A stretch of 64,000 nt of DNA from Bdellovibrionales bacterium (GCA_965262715.1 OZ253553.1:1664001-1728000); one strand, 5' to 3'; counted from the stretch's first letter, positions 41,291 to 51,581 are shown. Notes: generated by a model from the sequence alone, not told the origin. Program-made: numbers and translations.

Positions 41291-41941
41291 TTTTCCATGA
41301 AATGTTAGAACTCCTTTTGCATGAGGGCTTATGTCTAATATTTTTTCTTGGTTTTCTGGAATAGAAATAGCTTTGGTTGATCTCAATGTGACCAAAACTT
41401 CTAGCGGTTCACTTGATAAGTTTTCTAAAGAAAGATTTGCTGTAAAAGAACTTCCATGTGATGTGATTTGTAATTGTCCTTGAAGAGGTAGCTTAGGAGA
41501 TGAGATGGCTTCTGCTCCAATAAAAACATCTTTCACCATTATGGAAGAAAATGGGTATCCATTCATATCATGATAGTGACGATAAAACTCCATTGGATAA
41601 GAACCTATAAGAGGTAATTGAAAATCTCTACAATATTCTTTTGTGCAATGCCATTTAGATAAAAAAGATCTTTCGTGAATTCTCCATTCATGCTTTTCAT
41701 TGGGGTCTAAATCATACCCATCCCCTTTCCATTGCCATGATCCTATTTGTAATTCTGGAAAAACATCTAGGGCTATCTCATCTCCCAAATTTAAAAACTC
41801 TACATGACCTGAAACTGTAACAACACCTCCTTTTAGCTCAAATTGAACTTGAGGTGATCCCTGAATGGAAATGGTGCCCGCTAGAGTGCTATTTAAAAAT
41901 ATAAAGTAGAATAAAGTAATTAGAGATGATCTTAAAAACAC
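41057..41941 (-). CDS. Hypothetical exported protein with C-terminal TM anchor
   Basis: Signal peptide, beta-rich body, C-terminal hydrophobic helix. Confidence 0.7.
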   Translation of the reverse strand: MFLRSSLITLFYFIFLNSTLAGTISIQGSPQVQFELKGGVVTVSGHVEFLNLGDEIALDVFPELQIGSWQWKGDGYDLDPNEKHEWRIHERSFLSKWHCTKEYCRDFQLPLIGSYPMEFYRHYHDMNGYPFSSIMVKDVFIGAEAISSPKLPLQGQLQITSHGSSFTANLSLENLSSEPLEVLVTLRSTKAISIPENQEKILDISPHAKGVLTFHGKTRKALLNSLHDIFAITSSKIRNTIRTKDNEGELRGLKIFSGQYHVIKTKKSIYYWILAILSAFIFSIFIVQANNENS

Positions 41942-41977
41942 TTTTACTACCTAATTTCCAGAACAAATATATATAAT

Positions 41978-43348
41978 CTATTCAAAGTCTGCATGATCTC
42001 GCACTTCTACAATTCCAAAAGACCTGATTTGAGGGAGTACTTTTGAATTAGCATAGATTAAGATTTTTAAATTATAAGGATCAATATGTTTCTTAATCGC
42101 TGCATTTACTTGTCTTACGGTGATTTTTGAAATTTCAGATTGATAAGTTCTTAAATAGTTATCAGAAACACCATAGAGGCGGAATAGCAGTAAATTAAAA
42201 GCTAACTTTTCAGGAGTTTCTATTGCCTGAGGAAACACTCCTAATAGGTATTTTTTAGCTAATGAAACTTCTTCTTCTGTAACTCCCTCTTTATAAAAGG
42301 ACTCTAAAATAGTCAAGATTTCTTGAATGATTTTACCTGTAGTTTGACTTTTAGTGAAGGTGATAATGGAAAAAGGCCCTTTATCTAAACGAGCATCAAA
42401 GTCACTTGAAATACTATATGTTAAACCTAAATTGTCTCTTACATGGTCCATCAAACGACTTACAAAGCCTGTGCCTAAAATGGTATTTGCAACCCTCAAG
42501 CGTAAAAAATCAGGATCAGAGCGTTCAATTCCAATATGTCCAATCCTTATTTCAGCCTGTGTTAAGTCATCTTTAGTCACTAGGCGTATAAGACGGTCTT
42601 TAATTACAGGTTTCTTAGGAAAGGATGGATGTTCAATTTTTGTATCTTTCCAGTCTTCAAAGGCATTCTCCAGTAATGGTATCACATTATCATCAATATC
42701 ACCTACAACAGCTAAAGTGGCATTTCCAGGACGAAAAACTTTTAAATAATGATTAAGAACTTGCTTTCTTTTAATAGAGGCTACACTCTTTAAAGAACCT
42801 AAAGTAGAACGCCCATAAGGGTGAGATCCATACAAATACATATTATACATTTTTTGGGCATAGATAGAAGGTCTATCTGACATGGTTTTTATAACTGCTA
42901 AAGCTTTATTCTTATGGCGTTCAACTTCTGCCTCAGGAAAGCTAGGTTGAGTTACCACCTCAGCTAACAACTCAAAAAGTGTCTTTTGGTAACGTGAGAG
43001 TGTATTTGTTGTGATCAAAATGTAATCTCTTCGAGTTGTAGAAGAAAATTGCGTGCCGAGTTTTGCAAAAGCATTAGTGATCTCTAATGCTGAGCGGTTT
43101 TTTGTTCCCATATCAAGTATGCTAGTGACAAAAGAGGTTAAACCAAAATAAAGTGTTGGATCACTAATACTGCCTTGATGAAATATCAAACTGGTAGAAA
43201 TATAAGGTAGACTGTTATCCGGAACTAAAAGTACTTTAAGTCCGTTTTTTAATTTGAGTTCACGATAATCTCTAATAGCAAAATCTTTTTTGATAGAAGA
43301 TGTTGCACAGGATATTAAAAATAAAAAAAGAAATCCATATTTTTTCAT
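41978..43348 (-). CDS. M16 family peptidase, non-catalytic subunit (lipoprotein)
   Basis: LKNGLKV, lacks HxxEH, SRL..VR..LGLTY; lipobox LISC. Confidence 0.85.
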   Translation of the reverse strand: MKKYGFLFLFLISCATSSIKKDFAIRDYRELKLKNGLKVLLVPDNSLPYISTSLIFHQGSISDPTLYFGLTSFVTSILDMGTKNRSALEITNAFAKLGTQFSSTTRRDYILITTNTLSRYQKTLFELLAEVVTQPSFPEAEVERHKNKALAVIKTMSDRPSIYAQKMYNMYLYGSHPYGRSTLGSLKSVASIKRKQVLNHYLKVFRPGNATLAVVGDIDDNVIPLLENAFEDWKDTKIEHPSFPKKPVIKDRLIRLVTKDDLTQAEIRIGHIGIERSDPDFLRLRVANTILGTGFVSRLMDHVRDNLGLTYSISSDFDARLDKGPFSIITFTKSQTTGKIIQEILTILESFYKEGVTEEEVSLAKKYLLGVFPQAIETPEKLAFNLLLFRLYGVSDNYLRTYQSEISKITVRQVNAAIKKHIDPYNLKILIYANSKVLPQIRSFGIVEVRDHADFE

Positions 43349-44733
43349 TTGTTTTTTCTAGGTCCTCTCGATTTTTTTGTGGGAGATATTGGTTGTACAT
43401 GAATTAATGTTTCTTGCCATGGATTAAGATACTTTTTAGCTACAGATTGAATTTGTTGGGCTGAAACTTTTGAATATTTTTCTATATCTTTAAAAAAGAA
43501 TTGATAATCTCCCATAATAATTTCGTTAATAGCGAGTGACTGAGCTTTGCCGTGAAAGGATTTCATACTTTCAATATGGGTTAGTAAAACAGAAGTTTTG
43601 GTTCTTTGTATTTCATCTTCAGTAAATGGGTTTTTTTGTGCTTGTTTGATTTCTTCAGAAATAATTTTAAGTACTTTTTTGCTGTCAGATTTAGGTTTGA
43701 GGGATACAGCAATCTGCATAATACCAGGATCTTTTGGAGTATAAGCATAAACAGAAACACTACTAGCTAGTTGAGATTCATAGACCAATCTTCTATAAAG
43801 TCGGCTGGATTTATTGCCGCCTAACATATCTGCTAGTAAGTCAAGTGCATAGGAATCATTATCTCCTGCTTTTGACACATGAAACCCTATCGCAAGAGAC
43901 TCGTTTTGAACATCCTTAAAAATCACTTTCGACCGTCTCCTTTTTTGTATGCCTTCTTGTTGATAGGCTCGACGGTGAATGGATTGTCTAGGAATTGAGC
44001 CATAGTATTTATTAAGAAGGTTTTTAACTTTTTGAGAATTAAAGTCTCCTACAATAACAATAACAGCATTGTTAGGCGCATAGTACTGTCTAAAAAACTC
44101 TTTACATTTTTCAACAGTGACATTATCTAGATCTTCCATTAAACCTACAATAGGAAACCGGTAAGGGTGTTTTTGAAAAGCTGTTAAAAACATATTTTCA
44201 TAAGTTGTTCCTTCTATACTGTTTTCAACACGAGATCTTCTTTCTTCTTTTGTGACCTCTCTCTCACTTTGTAGGTTTGCGGCAGTAATTTGTAATGACT
44301 CCATACGATCTGACTCTAAATCCATAACCAATTCTAAACCATGGCTTGGCAAGTTAATGTAATACCCTGTATAGTCTTTGCTTGTAAAAGCATTTAAAAT
44401 AGCCCCATTAGAGCGAAGAATACGATCAAATTCTTTATTACCATAACGTTTTGCTCCTTTAAACATCATATGCTCAAAAAGATGAGCGATGCCTGTAAAG
44501 CCTGGCTCTTCATCTTTAGAGCCTACACGAAACCATGTATGATAACTAATAAGAGGTGTGGAATGATCTTCATGCAATAACACAGTTAAACCATTTGGAA
44601 GTTGAAGTTTTTCAACATCAAAATGGACGGTTACTTCAGTAGACAACCCTTGTTTTGATAAAAAAACAAATAAAAATAGAGTAAAAAATATTTTTATTTT
44701 ATATTTTGATCCTTTTTCATTAAAAGCTCGCAT
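43345..44733 (-). CDS. M16 family zinc peptidase, catalytic subunit
   Basis: GIAHLFEHMMFKG (HxxEH), NAFTS.D.T.Y. Confidence 0.9.
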   Translation of the reverse strand: MRAFNEKGSKYKIKIFFTLFLFVFLSKQGLSTEVTVHFDVEKLQLPNGLTVLLHEDHSTPLISYHTWFRVGSKDEEPGFTGIAHLFEHMMFKGAKRYGNKEFDRILRSNGAILNAFTSKDYTGYYINLPSHGLELVMDLESDRMESLQITAANLQSEREVTKEERRSRVENSIEGTTYENMFLTAFQKHPYRFPIVGLMEDLDNVTVEKCKEFFRQYYAPNNAVIVIVGDFNSQKVKNLLNKYYGSIPRQSIHRRAYQQEGIQKRRRSKVIFKDVQNESLAIGFHVSKAGDNDSYALDLLADMLGGNKSSRLYRRLVYESQLASSVSVYAYTPKDPGIMQIAVSLKPKSDSKKVLKIISEEIKQAQKNPFTEDEIQRTKTSVLLTHIESMKSFHGKAQSLAINEIIMGDYQFFFKDIEKYSKVSAQQIQSVAKKYLNPWQETLIHVQPISPTKKSRGPRKNK

Positions 44734-44823
44734 ATTTTAGTTTTACCCCTCTATCAATAATAGATACATCACCTTTCTTATAGTGTATACAAAAAAATGA
44801 AATTCATCATCTTTTTCATTTCT

Positions 44824-44935
44824 CTCAAAATAAACCAACCTCTCGAGGTGAGCCTCTGGTTGTTTTTGGGCAATGAACACGACGGCTAACGCCCTCGTAA
44901 AATGTTCATTGCCTCAAAAATCCGTTTATTTTTAG
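44824..44935 (+). repeat. Structured intergenic repeat, family A
   Basis: CTCAAAATAAAC...GTTTATTTTTAG; stem GGCAATGAACA/TGTTCATTGCC. Confidence 0.75.
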
Positions 44936-45106
44936 GAAGGAGATACTGCTTGTTCTTAACATCATGTTAGGGAAAATATTTTTATTTCTCTTTCTGCAAA
45001 AATTTAAAACTTATCATTACCATTCAAGTTCAATTCTTCTATTTGAGAGCACTATATATTGGTTTTAAACAAGAAAGAAGTGATAAAAGCTGATGATAAG
45101 AATGAG

Positions 45107-45148
45107 AAGAGGCCCGCCTCGAGAGGCCCGCCTCGAGAGGCTCGCCTC
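45107..45148. repeat. 14-bp tandem repeat x3, related to the family A internal unit
   Basis: (A/G)AGAGGC(C/T)CGCCTC x3. Confidence 0.75.
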
Positions 45149-45250
45149 ACGAGTCTGGCCTTAGGGTAATGAATTTCGAAGTTCAAGAAATAAATTAAGG
45201 GTTCAGCTCAACAGGGATATGCTTTAAATTTTTGCATCTATTTTATTTCC

Positions 45251-45378
45251 CTAAAAATAAACGGATTTTTGAGGTAGTCAGCTACTTGTCGAAGGCATAA
45301 GTCTTCATGCTAATTACCAAAAAACTGCCAGAGACTTGTCTTGAGAGACTCGTCTCGAGAGACCTACTTCGTTTTTAG
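45251..45378 (-). repeat. Structured intergenic repeat, family A
   Basis: Reverse complement shows CTAAAAACGAA, 14-bp tandem, TCTCTGGC, stem GGTAATTAGC/GCTGACTACC, CCGTTTATTTTTAG. Confidence 0.7.
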
Positions 45379-45644
45379 TGAAACAAAGGTTTTCCAGCTA
45401 GGTCAGATGCTTATTATAGCTCTCCTGTACATATTTATACAACAAGGTCATATAAAATTTTCTTAATCTCTGAGATGATTTTAAATGAACTATGTAAATA
45501 TTTCACGGTAATTCTTATAAACTTTAAATTTTACAGTAAACTTTACAGTTTTTATTGTTTTTGTATTTTTTTGAGTCTATAATGTTGTTGCTCTTAACAA
45601 TCTAAATTATTTTGTTGATGTGTAAGTAGAAGGAACTAAAGGAA

Positions 45645-46550
45645 ATGAGTTTATTTAAAAATATAGTTGTTATATTCTCATTATTAGTAATGATAAACTC
45701 AAGTAGTGTAGCAATTGGAGCAGATGAAAATGCTACAGATAGAGCTAGAGATGCGGCTAATAAGTTCGGATCTTGGATAGCTACTATCTGGAACGACGAG
45801 GTAGCGCCTGTGATAGTTACTATCTGGAATGACAAGGTATGGCCTGTAGTAACAGACTGGACGTTAGGTGAGTTGTATCTCGATACTGCAACTGGGTTTG
45901 ATGAATGGACACCTTTGATAGATGCTGCTTGGAATGGCCAGCTAGATATTGTAAAGGAGTTGATAGCAGCTGGCGTAGATGTAGATGCTAGGGATCGTAA
46001 TGGAAGGACAGCATTAATGTATGCTGTTTGGAATAACCAGTTAGAAGTTGTAAGAGAGTTGATAGTAGCTGGCGCAGATGCAGGTGCTAGAGATGATAGA
46101 GAAGTGACAGTGTTGATGTATGCTGCCCAGAATATTGGAAGGGCGGCATTAATGCCTATTTGGGATGATTTGTTAGAGATTGTAAAAGAGTTAATAGCAG
46201 CTGGCGCAGAGGTAGATGATAGAGATTATAATGGAAGGACAGCATTGATATGTGCTACTGAAGGAGATATCGAAAAGGAAGAAGAATTGTATGGTAATGG
46301 CCGCCGGCTAGAGCTTATAAGGGTATTGATAGCATCTGGCGCAGATGTAAATGCTAAGACTCGTAATGGAATGACAGCATTGATGAATGTTGTTCAAAAA
46401 GGAGGCGGTCTAGAGCTTGTAAGGGTATTGATAGCAGCTGGCGCAGATGTACGCGCTAGAAATGGTGATGGATGGACAATATTGGGGCTTAGTAGATGGG
46501 AAGGAACAATGAGAGTTGTAAGGGAATTGAGAAAAGCTGGAGCAATGTAA
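45645..46550 (+). CDS. Secreted ankyrin-repeat protein
   Basis: Signal peptide; repeated GRTALMYA...IVKELIAAGADVNA. Confidence 0.92.
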   Translation: MSLFKNIVVIFSLLVMINSSSVAIGADENATDRARDAANKFGSWIATIWNDEVAPVIVTIWNDKVWPVVTDWTLGELYLDTATGFDEWTPLIDAAWNGQLDIVKELIAAGVDVDARDRNGRTALMYAVWNNQLEVVRELIVAGADAGARDDREVTVLMYAAQNIGRAALMPIWDDLLEIVKELIAAGAEVDDRDYNGRTALICATEGDIEKEEELYGNGRRLELIRVLIASGADVNAKTRNGMTALMNVVQKGGGLELVRVLIAAGADVRARNGDGWTILGLSRWEGTMRVVRELRKAGAM

Positions 46551-46760
46551 ATTCTATAAAACCTAACTTTCTAAGAATAACTCCTTATTTACTATACTTT
46601 TGACTTCAAAGGTTTATCACAAAAAGTAACTAGCCTCTAAAACATGTGATATTTTCTCTTATTTTTTCTACAACAATCTTGTTGATATTTTTTAAGGCCT
46701 AATGTTTGATTATACGCAGTGTAGAGGGTATCTACTTTAAACTTTCCTTTAGAATGACTA

Positions 46761-47603
46761 TTAAGAAAAAAGTGTGTTAAGTAAGTTGGCCAGTCTAATA
46801 CTTGCCTCATAAAGACGTTTTAATGCGATGGGAAGAGTTCTATTCAAGTATCGGAAATGCAAATAGGGTTTTTTGCGTTTAGAGTCTCTACCACTTAAAA
46901 TATTAGGATATTTTTTAAGGAGGTCCTGATGCAAAATCAATGGTGGAATTCTTTCAAACTGAACATTATCAAAGAAGTATACAAAAGAAAGCAGCTTAGC
47001 AGATTCGTTAGCCCAATCTTCAGGTGAAAGCTGTTTAACCTCTGTCCCTCGATAGTGTCTCTGCAAATAATCAACTAATTCTGTGTAACTTAGTCCCAGT
47101 CTTTGAATAAGTCCAGAATCCCAAACTTCGTGTAAATTGTAGGTTTGGTGAAAAAAGCTCATATAAAGGAGGCTGCCACCTCTATCTACTCTGCGACCGG
47201 CATGTAGAGGTTGATGTAAATCTTCGACAAAATGGATCAACAACTTCAGCGCATGTGTCTTATCCACTATCTTAGGATGTGAAGCCTGATCTTTTAAGAT
47301 GTTCATCATCAAGCCAATAGCCCAAACCACATCTTCTTCATTGGGTTTTTTATAGGGTTGAGCATCTTTTAAATTGGTGTAATGCCATTTAGATTGAAAA
47401 TCATATTTAGGATTGGGCCTGACAATATCTGCCCATAAAGAGGCATCTGCCACGTTGTCTCTTCCCAAAAGTTTTTGAACTTGCGCTTTAGCTTTAGGTG
47501 TAAGATGTTTTTCAGCTAACTGCCCAATAGCTCTATGCCCTATATCACCCCAAGCAAGGAGAGTATGAGGTATAAATAAAAATAAAAAAATCCAATGCCA
47601 CAT
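46761..47603 (-). CDS. S1/P1 nuclease
   Basis: Mature N-terminus WGDIGH, WAD, WHY, HFVEDLHQPLH, NLHEVWD. Confidence 0.92.
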   Translation of the reverse strand: MWHWIFLFLFIPHTLLAWGDIGHRAIGQLAEKHLTPKAKAQVQKLLGRDNVADASLWADIVRPNPKYDFQSKWHYTNLKDAQPYKKPNEEDVVWAIGLMMNILKDQASHPKIVDKTHALKLLIHFVEDLHQPLHAGRRVDRGGSLLYMSFFHQTYNLHEVWDSGLIQRLGLSYTELVDYLQRHYRGTEVKQLSPEDWANESAKLLSFVYFFDNVQFERIPPLILHQDLLKKYPNILSGRDSKRKKPYLHFRYLNRTLPIALKRLYEASIRLANLLNTLFS

Positions 47604-47740
47604 ATAAAAATCTTTTAACAGTTATATTGATGTCCTATTGCTTATTTTTAATTAAATCTCTTTTATCACTATGCATAAAAGGTGTCAATACACACTTCAA
47701 ATCTTTACAAGCTGTAGTATAAGTAGTAAATCACTAATAA

Positions 47741-48187
47741 ATGGAAGGTCTTAGATTTATTGATATTATATGGAGGTGTTTTATGAAAAAAATAACATTC
47801 ATTTTACTAATTTTTGGATTTGTCTTTTCATCTTATAGTACTGCTTATCAAATAGAGCAAGGTTCTCAAGAAGAGAGAGAATCATGTCCTTTTTTATATT
47901 TTTTGGTTGTTGATAAAAATACAGGCATGCTAAGAGATATCTTAAGGAATATAAGAATGAGTCCAAACGTTTCTCTTGAGGGCTGTCGTGGTGATGAGTT
48001 TTATGATAGTCTTCCTGAAGGTTCTACATTACTTCATGTAGCTGCTCATTTAGGAAGTGATTATTCTTCATATAATATTTATCAAGCACTTAAACAATAT
48101 GGAGCAGATGAAGCAGCTAAAGATGAGAATGGAAATACACCACCAGACATACAAGCTATGATGAGGAAGAAAAGGTTAGGACGATAA
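47741..48187 (+). CDS. Small secreted ankyrin-like protein (likely start 47783)
   Basis: GGAGG before MKKITF; GSTLLHVAA, YGADEAAKDENGNTP. Confidence 0.75.
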   Translation: MEGLRFIDIIWRCFMKKITFILLIFGFVFSSYSTAYQIEQGSQEERESCPFLYFLVVDKNTGMLRDILRNIRMSPNVSLEGCRGDEFYDSLPEGSTLLHVAAHLGSDYSSYNIYQALKQYGADEAAKDENGNTPPDIQAMMRKKRLGR

Positions 48188-48196
48188 ATAAAACAC

Positions 48197-48497
48197 ATTT
48201 CAGGTTTTAGATAATGTATTATTATACCAATTAGAGCCACATCTTGGTGTGATTATTGTCCTATTATCGTGTCTCAGTTCCTAGGTAATTATCTTATACT
48301 AGTGAGGAAAGTTTAATGGCGACATTAATTTTAACGGTAGTAATAATGCTATCTTTTATAATCAAGATACATTTTAACTTACTTAAGAGGTAGATTGATA
48401 TTTTAGATGTCATTATTTACACAATTCATTTCACAGGATTGATCTGTATAGCCTATTTTTATTTCAGTTCTTAGATAATGTGTTATACTAATGGGAG
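48197..48497 (-). CRISPR. Degenerate CRISPR-type array, 3 repeats
   Basis: Repeat variants at 48197-48236, 48271-48308, 48461-48497 resembling the 37-bp repeat at 51230-52554; gaps of 34 bp and 152 bp. Confidence 0.65.
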
Positions 48498-48631
48498 AAG
48501 CAAGATCAATTAGAAAATAGATATGACCAGCTTTCAGACATAAAAAATAAGGAGGCAAACATGCTGGATTATATAGCCAAAAAGCTTAGTTATTTTATAA
48601 ATGATATTGAGAAAAAGGCGTGCGTATTACC
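48498..48631 (-). promoter_or_regulatory. Putative CRISPR leader, copy 1
   Basis: AT-rich, clearly homologous to 52555-52688; TATAAT on the minus strand pointing into the array. Confidence 0.6.
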
Positions 48632-48753
48632 TTATAATAAAAAGTTAAGCGATTCTTTACTGAAACTAGAAAGGAAATATAACGGAAGGAAGAACATTGC
48701 GTAATATTATTAGTTGTTTAAGATAGTAGACGAAAAACTTCGATGTCTTATTT

Positions 48754-49449
48754 TTGAGAAGTATTGAATTGCTTTTTGACGATATAATTATAGAGGATAG
48801 TCTTATGTTAAGTGTATTGTTTGATAAGATAGGTGATAAAGCCTATCAACATAAATGGATACAAGTGGTGATTATAAGCTGGATATTGGTTGCTGTTTTT
48901 GCTTTTATACTAATGGTTATAGCTTGGACAATGTCGCCAGATGAGTTGGTTAAAGCTGACTGGCATTGGATATTAATGGTCACCCCTTTTATTTTATCAT
49001 TTCTTATTACAGTAGTGCCGGTACTTATAGTTTTATTTCATCCTCATTTGCGTTCTCAGATATATACTTCACCGATGATAGGAGCTGTCAGTCTATTGGT
49101 ATTTTCGTTTTTACTTAGTTTTATGCTATTGATAAGTATAGAAGTGATATGTAGGTCAATGGAAATAGAGTCTCTTTTTTATATTAGAGACTACTCAGGC
49201 TATAATAGTTTGTGGGTTGGTGTATTCATGGCAATTCTGACCGGTTTTTTCATTGGTATTATTGCTTTCTCTCTCACGTTTGGGATTGTCTTTCCACTTG
49301 CAATTCCTATTGTATGCTCAGTGATTGTATCTGAAATTATACATGAAAATCATAACATTTCATGTAAGGTTTGGGGTATTCTAATGTTTGGTGCTACTTT
49401 AGGATGGGGACTTGTTTCAGTTGTGGGGTATGCATTAGGCAATGCCTAA
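48754..49449 (+). CDS. Hypothetical multi-pass membrane protein (likely start 48805)
   Basis: About six hydrophobic segments. Confidence 0.7.
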   Translation: MRSIELLFDDIIIEDSLMLSVLFDKIGDKAYQHKWIQVVIISWILVAVFAFILMVIAWTMSPDELVKADWHWILMVTPFILSFLITVVPVLIVLFHPHLRSQIYTSPMIGAVSLLVFSFLLSFMLLISIEVICRSMEIESLFYIRDYSGYNSLWVGVFMAILTGFFIGIIAFSLTFGIVFPLAIPIVCSVIVSEIIHENHNISCKVWGILMFGATLGWGLVSVVGYALGNA

Positions 49450-49513
49450 AGCATGAGCAGGTATGATACAATGCATACAATATATATAAAGTCATAATTT
49501 TTTCAATGCTCCC

Positions 49514-49572
49514 CGAATTACCTCAGAATATCTGTTACTGAAGCTTGGTAACATATATTCTGAGGTAATTCG
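49514..49572. mobile_element. 59-bp hairpin mini-element truncating the IS256 transposase
   Basis: CGAATTACCTCAGAATAT..TGTTAC / GTAACA..ATATTCTGAGGTAATTCG; arm resembles the IS end at 50641-50667. Confidence 0.6.
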
Positions 49573-50136
49573 CTCTACTTACTGTACTCTTAGAAAGACC
49601 GGTGCCGCCTACAATATCATCAAGAAGTTCACTGTAATTACGAGAAGATACTCCTCTTATAGCATAGCTCAGAACTCTATCACAAATGATGTCATAGCTT
49701 TGAAGCGCTGAATAAGACTTCAGTTTAATACCAGAACCCCCCATCTCCTTCACCCTAGGCTTTCTAACCTGAAGCCTTTGACCTTGTGCAAGAACACTCC
49801 AGCGATCACTACCAGCTCTGTAGTATCTCTTATTAATACCACGAACATGACGCTTACCACACAAAGCTAACAGCTCCTCTTCAAACAGTGCATAGATCAT
49901 ATCAATAATTGCAGATCTTATGCGACCTTCTATAACTTCTCGAATCTGATTTAATTTAGAGGATAAAACTTGAATTGAATAACGATTCTTGGTATTTTTC
50001 ATAATAGCTCCTTTCTGTTTATTGATTTCCTGACAAAATAAAAACAGTAAACAACGGCTAGACGACTTAGGCTAGCCGGGAGCTCTACTTCTTCTAATCT
50101 CTATAAGAAAATTTCACCGATCTATGGGACAACCTC
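49573..50136 (-). mobile_element. IS256-family remnant (5' part of transposase 49573-50002 plus left end)
   Basis: 'EEE...LCG.RH.R...YYRAG...QRLQVRKPRV...RGVSSRNY...GLSKSTVSR' typical of the IS256 N-terminal half; end GAGGTTGTCCCATAGATCGGTGAAATTTTC. Confidence 0.8.
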
Positions 50137-50151
50137 TCAAAGACAGATCAA

Positions 50152-50424
50152 CTATTTTTTAGCTTCTAGCTTTTCAAGGATAAGCTTTTGACCTTCATTA
50201 AGTTTAGTGATCTTAGCATCTAAGGCATCAATCTTCTTATCTGTATCAGTGATATGGTTATCTAGTTTTTCATTGATAGGCCTCAACTCGGCTCTAAAAA
50301 GGTCTTTTAAATCATTCTTAAATTCTCTAATATCACTTTTCAGTGAACTAAATATGTAGATAAAAAGGCCTGAAAAAATAACTAAAATAGGGCCTAAAAT
50401 AATAAAAACATCTATCAATTCCAT
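50152..50424 (-). CDS. Small protein with N-terminal TM helix and coiled coil
   Basis: Hydrophobic N-terminus followed by heptad pattern. Confidence 0.65.
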   Translation of the reverse strand: MELIDVFIILGPILVIFSGLFIYIFSSLKSDIREFKNDLKDLFRAELRPINEKLDNHITDTDKKIDALDAKITKLNEGQKLILEKLEAKK

Positions 50425-50462
50425 AAAATAATAATATCAGTTTTTTAAGGATTTTGTCAATT

Positions 50463-50667
50463 AAAACCCTCATATACCCGAAAAGCAAAAGGAAGCTCTC
50501 ATAAAACAAAGAAAAAAACTTAATCCTTTTGAATTAGTTAAAGCTAGAGAAAAAAACTATCTCAATTCTTTAAACTACTCAACTTATATAATAAACAAAG
50601 GAAAAATAATGAATAACTTAACTCTTATACAAAAACTCTTGGTAACAATTTATTATGAGGTAACACG
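50463..50667 (+). mobile_element. 3' remnant of an rve/integrase-type (ISNCY/IS481-like) transposase with its right end
   Basis: Translates NPHIPEKQKEALIKQRKKLNPFELVKAREKKL...; followed by GGTAACAATTTATTATGAGGTAAC. Confidence 0.5.
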
Positions 50668-50842
50668 TATATAAACACAAAAGGCTTTAGTTGTTTTATA
50701 GGTAAAGTAAGCTTTAAAAAACTCCATAAGGGTTAAATATGAGGCTGTGAGAGCGTGTTTAATCAATATGTCGATGAACCAGAAGTTTAAAGTGACTTAA
50801 TTTTGTTTTAAAAGTTTTAGTGATAAAAGGCGACAAAGAAGT

Positions 50843-51229
50843 ATGAGATTTATTCTGATTTTTATCTTTATCTTGGGATGGATGGTTGAGTCTAAAGCTT
50901 CAGATTATGAAAAAGAGATGAAAAGTATGCGTCGGGAAATAGAGAAGCTCTGTCCAAAAGCTGATTCTCAAAATTTATATCTTATATGCTCTAATTTTAA
51001 AGCAATGCTTTCTTTACAAGAACGTAATCATGCTACTCATCTAAGAATGATTGAAAGTCTTGGCCCACTTATTGAAACCGTTTTTAATAATGCTAAAATA
51101 ACTGATGAAAATAATGGAGTTCTTGAGAAAAGAATTGATGCTTTAGAGAAAGCTTGCAAAAAGAAACATGTTATAGATACGCCTAAAACAATCCCTAAGA
51201 GAATCAACCAGAAGAAAAACGCCAAGTAA
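50843..51229 (+). CDS. Hypothetical secreted coiled-coil protein
   Basis: Signal peptide; stop codon directly abuts the first CRISPR repeat. Confidence 0.65.
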   Translation: MRFILIFIFILGWMVESKASDYEKEMKSMRREIEKLCPKADSQNLYLICSNFKAMLSLQERNHATHLRMIESLGPLIETVFNNAKITDENNGVLEKRIDALEKACKKKHVIDTPKTIPKRINQKKNAK

Positions 51230-51581
51230 GTTTCAGTTTCTAGGTAATGTGTTATACTGATGAGAGTAGATACGCATGGTACAGCTTCACACACTATACA
51301 CAGTTTCAGTCTCTAGATAATGTGTTATACTAATGAGAGGTCAGCGCGGAAGTGAAAAGTTCTCTTGTGAGGTGTTTCAGACTCTAGGTAATGTGTTATG
51401 CTAATGAGAGCTTGCAGCTAACTACCAATCAGCAAGGGCTATGGGTTTCAGACTCTAGGTAATGTGTTATGCTAATGAGAGCTTGCAGCTAACTACCAAT
51501 CAGCAAGGGCTATGGGTTTCAGACTCTAGGTAATGTGTTATACTAATGAGAGTTTCTTCATAGATAGCCTCATACATCTTT

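Noticed and set aside
48354..48390. Possible further decayed CRISPR repeat inside the 152-bp interval
   Set aside because: Similarity too weak and spacing does not fit the ~71-bp period
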